Assembly: GCA_024704765.1 (NCBI GenBank)
Contig: JAKMXF010000365.1
Span: forward strand, 372,001-436,000
From: Oopsacas minuta
Lineage: Eukaryota > Animalia > Porifera
Length of the DNA: 64,000 nt
Direction: 5' to 3'
Part shown: piece by piece, positions 23,032-33,000 of the stretch
Position numbering within the stretch: the stretch's first letter is position 1
How the letters are laid out: every line of letters begins with the position of its first letter
Made by a program: the position numbers and the translations under genes
Notes under the pieces: generated by a model
What the model was told of the DNA's origin: nothing
The model's input: the letters and a program-made list of their open reading frames with translations, nothing else
The model's database searches: none

Positions 23032-23403
23032 AGAGGAATATTCTATTTAAATCACTTACCTATGATGGTATTTTCTATGTACACTGTACAGGTAGTATTA
23101 TCATTTAATTCCTCTATAATTGTGATATTTAAAATACAGTCATTTCCCGTTATATCTAAGCTCAAGGGACCAAGATAATTACTCCGATATAACCGAATAG
23201 TTTTACATTCATTGACGGTTTGGGACCATATTTATACAATTACAGACTTCGATTTATGCGGGTATTTCGGTATATGTGTGTTCGATATAATGGGAGTTGA
23301 CTGTAGTAATAATGATAATCTTGAAAAGTACAGAAATTATGAGCAAATCAATTCAGTTATTAGAATACTGTATAGACTGAGTTTCAGCTCTGATTTACTT
23401 GTG

Positions 23404-24870
23404 ATGTCACGTATTAACACATTCAAGAATTCAAAAGTAAAAGATATTATGGAAATGAATGAAGATGCCAAATTTCTAGCTCAGAAGCGTAGTGAAAAGG
23501 CGCGGGAAATGAGAAAAATTCAATTCGATAAGAATAGAGAAATTCCCGACCTAGAAACCAAGGATACAGCAAAACCAATTGCAATGGAGAGATCTGAAAA
23601 ACTGAATGAGTGGAGGAAGAAAAAGGATCTGGAGAAACAGAACAAAGTTGCCTCAAAAAAGCCATTTCTACCATCAGGACCAAGCAATAAACTATCTTCT
23701 GCAGCAGGTCCTAATACGCTACATAATTCTAAAACATTACATAACAGTCTACCAACTAATTCTTATTCAAAGAAAACTCGTCATAACAACAACCCGACCA
23801 CTTATACGAGAGTGACACGATCTCAAGTGAGACGTGAAAAGGAGGAGAACGAGGCGGCTACTACCTCTCTACCCCTCCCTTCTACTAAACCTACCTATGT
23901 AATTGATGAACAAGAGTTAGCTTGGATACCTGAGAATGAATTAGGAGGAATGAATTTAAAGGTTCGTAGAAAATCTCTCCGATTCTCTGAACTATTCTCT
24001 AATACAGCTCGCAGTCCTTTCGTATTCAAAGCTAATTCAGAAGTACAACGTCCCCCAAGAGCTACTATACCAATGACAATCCTAGAAGACTCTGTAGAGA
24101 TTTCCCCCATCAGCTCTGCTTCCGTTATCAACAGGAATCTGTTTGGTGCTTTCTCTCAGATAGCAGATGATACAGATATTCTACCAGATGCATTTGAGAA
24201 TGAAATAGCTACAAATGATAACGAAATAGTGTTAGACATACCTTCTAAACCTTTAAAAGAAGTTAAAATACAAGAACCAAGCAATTCTCTTATAGTAACA
24301 CCAGCACCCGTATTACTAGATTCTGAGAATTCTATCCCATCTCTTAATACAGCTGGAATAGAGCTGTATTCTTCTCTACTACAAACCACACAAGAAGATT
24401 TGATGTCACAGCGTAACAGATGGCAGACTACACTAACCACACTTACAGAAGCATGTGACAGTATCCGTGTAGCTATAGGACATACGGATCTACTGCTAAG
24501 TAAGAAATTTACTCAATACGCTGGTTTAATACAAGATGCTAATGATAACCCAGGGAATCTAGACCTAGAGACTAGATGCTCTGATCTACAGGGATTCTGG
24601 GACCTGATATTGAGAGAGGTAGAGGATATGCAGGCAAAATATGGTAGGCTTATCCGTCTAGCTGAAAACGGTTATCAAGCTGTGAAGAGTACACACAAAT
24701 TGGACAAAAAACCTCTAAAAAAGATTATCCCAAAACCTAAGAAGGAGTCTACCCGTGTCACTCGTTCCGCTAGTATATCTCTAAGAGAACAGATGATACG
24801 AGGACGAGAACAAATGAAGGAACAGCAACGTGAACCTGGTGTTATTATAATGACACAACAGAAAAACTAG
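23404..24870 (+). CDS. DLGAP5: DLGAP5/HURP-like mitotic spindle protein (GKAP domain), intronless
   Basis: Basic N-terminus (KLNEWRKKK, KKPF) and C-terminal GKAP region IRVAIGHTDLLLSKKFTQYAGLI...CSDLQGFWDLILREVEDM. Likely ATG at 23404 (ORF-track start is TTG). Confidence 0.85.
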   Translation: MSRINTFKNSKVKDIMEMNEDAKFLAQKRSEKAREMRKIQFDKNREIPDLETKDTAKPIAMERSEKLNEWRKKKDLEKQNKVASKKPFLPSGPSNKLSSAAGPNTLHNSKTLHNSLPTNSYSKKTRHNNNPTTYTRVTRSQVRREKEENEAATTSLPLPSTKPTYVIDEQELAWIPENELGGMNLKVRRKSLRFSELFSNTARSPFVFKANSEVQRPPRATIPMTILEDSVEISPISSASVINRNLFGAFSQIADDTDILPDAFENEIATNDNEIVLDIPSKPLKEVKIQEPSNSLIVTPAPVLLDSENSIPSLNTAGIELYSSLLQTTQEDLMSQRNRWQTTLTTLTEACDSIRVAIGHTDLLLSKKFTQYAGLIQDANDNPGNLDLETRCSDLQGFWDLILREVEDMQAKYGRLIRLAENGYQAVKSTHKLDKKPLKKIIPKPKKESTRVTRSASISLREQMIRGREQMKEQQREPGVIIMTQQKN

Positions 24871-25131
24871 TAATTAATCTAATGTACTACTGCTTAATGC
24901 TGCTATCTTTGTGAGTGTAATTACATTAACTTTATGAACTCTTAATTAAATACATCTGGTAATAAATGTAGTAATTAATAATCTTATTATTTGTACGCAT
25001 AAGAAAATTGGGTTATATAGATAATAACGCGAAAATTGCTATAAGGATAGTATGATTAGAAATGTATCATGATTCCTATTAGAAACAGACATGTATTATT
25101 GGTTCATATAACAGAACTGTTCCTCTTCCTA

Positions 25132-25479
25132 ATGGCTATTAACATACTCAGAATATACATTACTTCTCTACGTACACCTAACATATTTTTCGGATCAGGA
25201 TGGAGGTTAATGCAAAGTAGAAGTAGACAGGAATATATTACCCCTTCTACTTTCTTCAGAGCCAGGCATGACTTGTCTTTCGTAGCTAAACAAGGTCTTA
25301 TACCTCCAGAGCCTATGCGATTTTACCGTTTCGGAAATTTCAATATTGGTCCCATTTATGCTGCTATGGTATTGGTACCTTCTATTGGTCTAGGGTGCTA
25401 CTTAGCGGTACTAATAGGAGATATATATGATTGGATGTGGGGAGATGAAGATGATGATGAAGATGGAGATGATGATTAA
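25132..25479 (+). CDS. EMRE/SMDT1-like single-pass mitochondrial protein with acidic tail
   Basis: R/S/T-rich, acid-free presequence; GLIPPEP (cf. GAILPKP); TM VPSIGLGCYLA (cf. IPFLYVGTLIS); C-terminal DEDDDEDGDDD. An upstream in-frame ATG exists at 25069. Confidence 0.6.
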   Translation: MAINILRIYITSLRTPNIFFGSGWRLMQSRSRQEYITPSTFFRARHDLSFVAKQGLIPPEPMRFYRFGNFNIGPIYAAMVLVPSIGLGCYLAVLIGDIYDWMWGDEDDDEDGDDD

Positions 25480-25628
25480 CAACAGGAGAGATCTGATGCA
25501 TATTCTTAACGTAGTTATATAGCTAATATCTCTACTATATTATTTTGATCATATTAATAAACGACATTGTCTCATTTAGTTACATATGACAAATCTTATA
25601 CTCCTATTATCTTAATATATCTATAGCA

Positions 25629-27868
25629 ATGTTCCGCGTGCCTCAAACGATCTTATCCTCAAGATGGTACGCTTATACTGCATTAAAGAGATCAATACTT
25701 CCTGCCGTCAGTCAAACCTCTCATCTATCTGGAGGAGTATCTGTTGATTCTCTTCAGTCAGAATTGAAGAATTTTGTTAAGGAAAGTGCTAGACTATGTA
25801 ATGCTAAGGATGTGTATGTGTGTGATGGATCTGCTACAGAGCATAACTCGTAAGTTATCACTCATTACAACATTCTCCTCTTATTTATACTATATCTATA
25901 TAGACTTGTAGCTAAACTCATATCTGATGGTAGACTTACTAAGCTAGACAAATTCGAGAATTCCTATCTTGTCAGAACAGATCCTAAAGATGTAGCTAGA
26001 GTAGAGTCTCGTACATTCATGTGTACTGACAATAAGTCAGATAGTGTTCCCACACCAGCAGATGGTGTGAAGGGGACACTGGGTAACTGGGCTGATGCCA
26101 CAAGCATGAGGAGAGAGCTGAAGGATAAATTTACCGGATGCATGACAGGAAGGACTCTATATGTGATTCCATTCAGTATGGGACCTGTTGGATCTCCTCT
26201 ATCTAAAATAGGTATGTATAACTCACCTAGGATATACACACAATTATACACTATATATCCCTAACAGGTATACAGCTAACAGACTCAGAATATGTAGTAT
26301 GTAGTATGCGTATAATGACTCGCGTGGGAGCTAATGTTCTGAATACCCTGGGTTCTGATTCATTCGTGAAATGTCTCCACTCAGTAGGCTACCCTCTGTT
26401 TGGAGATAGGCCTGATGTACACTGGCCGTGTAACCCAGCTGATACAGTTATAACACAGTTCCCTAAACAGCGTGAGATTATATCCTATGGTAGTGGTTAC
26501 GGGGGCAACTCTTTGCTGGGTAAGAAGTGCTTTGCTCTGAGGATAGCTTCGTGTATAGCGCATGATGAGGGATGGTTAGCAGAGCATATGCTTATACTAG
26601 GTATCACTAATCCACAGGGAGTTAAGAAGTATGTAGCTGCTGCCTTCCCGAGTGCTTGTGGTAAAACCAATCTAGCAATGATGCTACCTTCACTACCAGG
26701 ATGGAAGGTAGAATGTGTGGGAGATGATATAGCTTGGATGAGGTAAACTGCTTTTATTGATATTTTTGTATTTCTATTTAATGTCCATCTTTTAGATTTG
26801 ACTCAAACGGACAATTGCGTGCTATCAACCCAGAGAATGGATTCTTTGGAGTAGCACCGGGTACCAATATGTCTTCTAATCCTAATGCTATGAAGACTAT
26901 CCTAAAGAACACGATATTTACTAATGTAGCTCATACATCTGATGGAGGTGTGTACTGGGAAGGACTTGAGAAAGAAGTTCCACTCATCGGAAAGGAAGTC
27001 ACATCATGGTATGTATTAAGTACAGTGGTGTTCGCCTAATAGCAGTGTCTACTGTAGCTTTATTGCATTATTTGGTTAGTGTAATTATTTCTGTATTGTT
27101 AGGCTTGGAGATCCATGGACACCAGATTCAGGAAAACCTGCGGCTCATCCCAACTCCAGGTTCTGTACCCCTTCATCTCAGTGCCCAGTTATTGACCCAG
27201 CCTGGGAGGACCCAAAAGGAGTACCTATTGAAGCTATAATATTCGGGGGCAGGAGGCCAGATACTATTCCCCTGGTCTATGAGTCTTTCAACTGGTCTCA
27301 TGGGGTGTTTGTAGGTGCTTCAATGCGTTCAGAGGCGACAGCAGCCGCAGAGCACAAGGGGAGGGTTCTGTTACATGATCCATTCGCTATGCGTCCTTTC
27401 TTTGGTTATAACTTTGGTAAATACATGAAGTATTGGCATAGCATACAGGAGAGACCAGGGCTGACCTTACCCAAGATATTCCATGTTAATTGGTTCAGGA
27501 AAGATTCAGAAGGTAAGTTTATATGGCCGGGGTTCGGAGAAAACTCTCGTGTCTTGGAATGGATATTCAAACGTGTAGATAGTGAGGACATAGCACAATC
27601 AACACCAATTGGTGAGTCAATTTTCCTCCCATTTTTCTCCCCGAATTTATACACAATTCTTACAGGCTACATTCCTAAACCCGGTTCCCTAACAACCTCT
27701 AATTTGCCACCAATTGACATGGACTCTCTCTTCCACATGCCTCAAACGGAACTCCGTGAAGAAGTTGAAGCAGTTCGTACCTATTTTAAACAACAGGTCC
27801 CGAATGAGCTACCCGAAGCAATAGGACAACAATTATCGGACTTCTCTGAGAGAGTAGAGAATATGTAA
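25629..27868 (+). CDS. PCK2: GTP-dependent phosphoenolpyruvate carboxykinase with mitochondrial presequence, multi-exon
   Basis: Motifs [86 protein letters not shown] and WPGFGENSR. Confidence 0.96.
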
Positions 27869-28139
27869 CGAATTTGTTACCCTCTACCCTCTACACACTT
27901 ATATCTTGTAAGCTAACTTGATTACTACGTATATATTGGTATGATTATCAACTTAATGTAATTATATTTATAACTGAGTGGTAATAGATAATTAGGAATA
28001 TTATTAAGAAACATTTATAGTTGTATTGGAATTATTTATAACAAATACTCTCTTCGTTTCCCGTAAAAACAAATGTATGGAAAAACGTACAAATAATAGA
28101 GTTTTGAAAACTATGCCTAAACTAACAGTACATATAGTA

Positions 28140-28814
28140 TCAGATTCTCTGTAGTAATCTAAGAGTATATATCACACATCTCGCTATATAAATGGCTAAT
28201 AAAGCGAATATTAACAAAGTACTGATCCACATACCAGCTTCTGTCAAATCCACCCAATCATCGAATCTAGCATAGCCATCGGCTCCCATAGAAACATTGA
28301 AATATGCTCCTCCTTGAGAGCAGGACTGTTTGCCCCCTAGAGGGTGAGTAAGGTTATCTACCTTTGAGCAGGTTGCCTGTTCCCCTGCACTAACCATACC
28401 CGCAGCAACTATGCTGTAAATAAATAGTAAAACTAGAATGACCGTCCAAAGGTATACTAGGAAAGTAATCTTCCATCTTCTCCATATTTTGAGGACTAGG
28501 AATATTATAAGCGGAATTATGCATAACCAGCTACCAATTGGTGCTAAAAACACTGTATAGCAAGGTCCACTTCCTCCGAATATTATTTCAGTTTGATTTG
28601 CATTACCCTCTGAGTATAGAATACACCTGTGATGAGGGACACTGGAAGCACTAGTGGTTACTATTAATGATGATGTAATCCCGATAAATGCTAAGAAACT
28701 GAATAACAGTGTTAGGAATCCGATTGTCACCAATATTATGTCCACGAACCTACCCTTAGTTAGGAGGAATCCTTGTTCTTGCTCTTCTAACCCTGTCAAT
28801 TTGCTTGAATCCAT
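28140..28814 (-). CDS. TMEM179-like four-TM protein, paralogue 3
   Basis: From M at 28814: FLLTKGRFVDIILV, CILY...GGSGPC, VSAGEQATC, QSCSQGGAY, RFDDWVDLTEAGMWIS; closely similar to 5951..6661. Confidence 0.75.
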   Translation of the reverse strand: MDSSKLTGLEEQEQGFLLTKGRFVDIILVTIGFLTLLFSFLAFIGITSSLIVTTSASSVPHHRCILYSEGNANQTEIIFGGSGPCYTVFLAPIGSWLCIIPLIIFLVLKIWRRWKITFLVYLWTVILVLLFIYSIVAAGMVSAGEQATCSKVDNLTHPLGGKQSCSQGGAYFNVSMGADGYARFDDWVDLTEAGMWISTLLIFALLAIYIARCVIYTLRLLQRI

Positions 28815-29062
28815 TTCAATTACTATAGTCAGCGTCGGCACAGTAACAGCTACAAACAAAACACGAATCTTATAAGCATAAATATTTATACTTGTATTAT
28901 ATGTAATAGGCACACTTTCTATGTTAACTAGTCTCATGATTCATGACGTATTGTCCCTGCCTTATCAAAATCTTTCCTAATTATATAATTATTACAAGTA
29001 TACTCTAATTACTGCTTGACTGCTTGATTACCTATTGAGTCACGACATTAGCAATACCTAAA

Positions 29063-29810
29063 ATGCACCCTACTTCTGAAGGCCCAATTTACTGCTCCGA
29101 TCAAATCAAGATCCCACCAGAACTCCCAGAGATTATGAAACAGTTCACAAAGGCTGCTATTCGTACTCAGCCCGCTGACCTGCTGGCGTGGTCTAGTGCC
29201 TACTTCGAGGCTCTGAGTAAAGGGGAGGAGCCTCCTGTCAAGGACAGACTTGAGATTCCTATGCCTACTTTTGACAAGGGTGGAATGTCAAAAGGTTTAT
29301 TGAAAGTATTGCATAAGCAATTAGGTATTCAGTTTATATATTATGCAGCGAATTGCTTATTGTTATGTGATTTATTCTCTAGGCATTCAAGTAGATTTAG
29401 ATGTAACTTCCTTAGAATCAAAATGGCTCAGACTGGGTATGACTAAGAATGTTCTACAAGAGTTATTAGGTCTAGGAGGGTTCAATGTAGGTAGCGGTAA
29501 GGGAGAAACACTCACTCTATCAAAACTGCTAGTGCTAGCCTGTTCTATGTTGAATAGAACCCTAACGGATACAATGACTATGGTATGTGAAATTCTTTCC
29601 TCAGATCCTGATGGTGGTGCGGCTAGAATCCCACTTGCTCTATTCACTGAATTGTTTGAGTTCCTATATAAGAAGGATGGAAGAGTGACGTCAGAACAAT
29701 CTGAACAACTGATCATATATCTAACTGAGATAGGAAGCAAACAGGAAGATATGGTGGGGTCAGCTGATTTCCGTCATAAGGATTGTCCTGTCCTTGGGAT
29801 GGTGGTGTAG
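29063..29810 (+). CDS. ROPN1L: Ropporin-1-like protein (RIIa D/D domain, radial spoke), 2 exons
   Basis: IYCSDQIKIPPELPEIMKQFTKAAIRTQPADLLAWSSAYF and EILSSDPDGGAARIP; one short GT-AG intron near 29324-29381. Confidence 0.92.
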
Positions 29811-30026
29811 TAGAATCTTATTTCCTTATCCTGGATCACTTTAGTATAGCTCAGGTCAGCAACTATATGCTACAATCTATCAGCTCTATTCTATTAGTTA
29901 TTGTTAGTATTTTAATGCTGTTACCGACCAAATCATATAACCGAAATATTTATAGCTTACATTACAGTATATACAATTTTTACATATACATTTAATTAAC
30001 TTTGTATAAAGCATACCCTGTCTGGG

Positions 30027-33000
30027 ATGTCTGAAACAAGCAGCACTTTCCCACGGATTATAACTCCTATTCCCTCTATGTTATGGTGGGCAATTGATAA
30101 AGATGAAGAACTGAATACACTGGAGAGAGGTCGTATGACAGCTATTGAGTTCTTCCTTTCTACCGCTGTCAGTCCTGACAAAGGAAAGGTGAAGGAACAA
30201 GAGCTAGACCTGTTCTCCTGGATGAAGGGACAGTCAGATCGTGGATTAATACGTGTATACAAATCTGATGAATCTACATCTAAATTAGTCCAATGTCTTC
30301 TCTCCACTAGTGCTGCTGCTCTTGCTGAAATATTTGGATGTGAAACTATGTAAGTTAACTGTATTATCTCCATACAAGTATTATATTTGTTTTGTATGTA
30401 GCTATGTACAGTTGTATGATGACCTTATAAGGCGTTTGGAGGATATAGAGAATCCTCTGGAAGTACAGAACCAACTTCTAAAACAGCTGGGGTATCAAGA
30501 CCAGCTACGTATTAAGAAGGAAGGGAGACACTCTGAGACTGCTAACTATATTAAATTCTACTCAGGCAGACCTCAGCTAGCAGATGTTGAAGAGAGACTG
30601 CATTTGAAGGGGACTTTCCGTATGAAACAGGTTAAGTCAATTCATATGTCACTGTTTATTCGATAAACTAACTATATCACATATAGGATGGATGGATGCA
30701 TCGATGGGAGTATCGTTACTGCATTTTGTGTGGAAGTAGACTTCTGATATTCCGATCAGGTGAGGCAAAAGGGAGACCGTTTGTGCTGAACATATACAAA
30801 GGCAATGTTGAAGAACACAAGCTTAACTCCAACAAGAGAGGAGTACAGAATGCTGTTCGTATCTACTCAGATGTTCAAAAGGTTGCCATTCTAATAGCAT
30901 TCAATTCTTGGACTCAATACACTACTTGGTTCAGGAAAGCTAGCAAAATGACTTACAGGTATACGAATCTTACATTTTTATTGATTATTTAGATTGACAT
31001 AATGTTGTATAGGAAATCTGATGAATTGAATCTGACATCATGCTGTCTAGAGAATGTACCTGATCATGTGTTCATACACTGGCACAAGCATATACACTCC
31101 CTTAATCTAGGGAGGAATTTTATGAGGAAACAGGCAGACCCGCTACCGTACGGCAGTGAGGGGTCCGAAAAGCCTCTTGGATTCATCTGTGATCTTCCTA
31201 AATTCTCACATTTGCGAAATCTCACACTCTCAGATAACGAACTAGCTGTATTTCCTAACCAAATATGTGATATAATAACTCTTAAATCACTCAACTTATC
31301 GCGAAATGTGTTAGTTATCTACAATATGCAGTCCATTAATATTCTCCATTCATTTGTATTACATCAATAGGTTATCAGAAATATCTGAAGAGATTAGTCG
31401 CCTCAAGAAGCTAGAGAATCTCTCTCTACACAGCAATCAGCTGACTGATCTACCTCAACAGCTGTCTAAGTTAAATAAATTGGCTATACTCACTGTATCT
31501 TTCAATCGGTTAGTTTACAAACTTATAATACACTCCCTCATTATCTATTTATACTCTTTAGTTTCTCTTCCTTCCCTGATGTACTACTGATGACACACTC
31601 ACTTAAGAGTCTTGTAATATCTGGTAATAATATCTCTAAGCTTCCAGAAGATCTTAAGAGATTGTTAAATCTAGAGAAACTAGACTTAAGGCTGAATCCT
31701 ATATCAGGATCTCTTCCAGACTCTATCAATCTAATGACTAATCTCAATCAGGTATCCTTCTATCATTGTATCTACTCAGATTTGTATTAACTTATACGTA
31801 TATTATCTTAGCTAGACATTACTCATACGGAATTAGACAGATTTGATTCAAAGACTACTCCATCTCTACAGCTATTAGCTTGTAACTCTACGTCAGTACG
31901 AGTGCTATCACTCGATGACACTGTGAGTTATTACGAGTTATATTTACGTCACAGATTAATTTATTGAATTTTAGGCTATTACTGAGGTTGTGTTATCTGG
32001 TGGTTCTCTCAATACTATCACAATGGATACACTATCTAGTAACCTAGTTACATTAGATGTATCTAGGAATGCACTCAAAGAGTTACCAGAGTCTATATGT
32101 GATCTGCCAGTCCTGAAGGAAATTAATGTAAGTCGCAACCTGCTCACTCATCTCCCAGCTCGTATATTCTGGCACATGAGAGGTCTTACAAAGCTTAATG
32201 CATCTGCTAATCATATTATAGTAAGTCTACGTATATTTTATCAAAATATTCTGTCTTGATATATTCCACCCATATAGTCGCTCCCTGATAGAATAGACAA
32301 ATGTTTGCTACAATATTTAGATGCTAGTCAGAATAATCTCACAACCCTGCCAATGTCTCTATTACTCCGCTTAACATCGTTAAAAGAACTTAATCTCAGT
32401 TGCAATCAGCTGACAGAGCTACCTCTCACCAGTGACACACAAGACATGTCAATTCTACATCTCTTCCTGTCTAATAATCAGCTGACAGAATCAGCTGTTG
32501 CTGTCATATCCAGCTACAAGACCCTGGTTATGCTTGATCTATCTCATAACGGTATTACTAAGATGGCTGATCACTTCTTTGCTAAAATGATTGATTTAGA
32601 ATTTGTAAGTTACATCCCTGCGGAGATTGTTATTTAATAGTATTATTTGTATGTATTTTACTCTTAGGTTAATTTGTCTGGAAACCTACTAACTCATCTC
32701 CCTTCTCGTCTATCTACTTGCTACAAACTTCAGATATTATTTGCTCACTCCAACAGATTAACTGATATACCTGATCTTTCACATTGTGATTCCCTCAGAG
32801 ATCTTGATATCTCTTCTAACCAGCTAACTTCCCTGCCTTTAGCAGCTCAGACATACTTTCCAGACCTCAGATATCTGGATCTATCTGATAACCCAAATCT
32901 AATACTAGACAGATCATGTATACCGTCATTACGGACTATTAAAAGGTTCTAGAATATTCTATTAGTGATCCATACTTCTTAGCTTTATGCTGTATTTCCT

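Noticed and set aside
23212-23403. ORF-track N-terminal extensions (also 35001-35150, 37412-37513, 56210-56296, 28815-28937, 54393-54413)
   Set aside because: Mostly TTG starts or low-complexity AT-rich translations upstream of the start expected from homology; treated as non-coding leader or outron.
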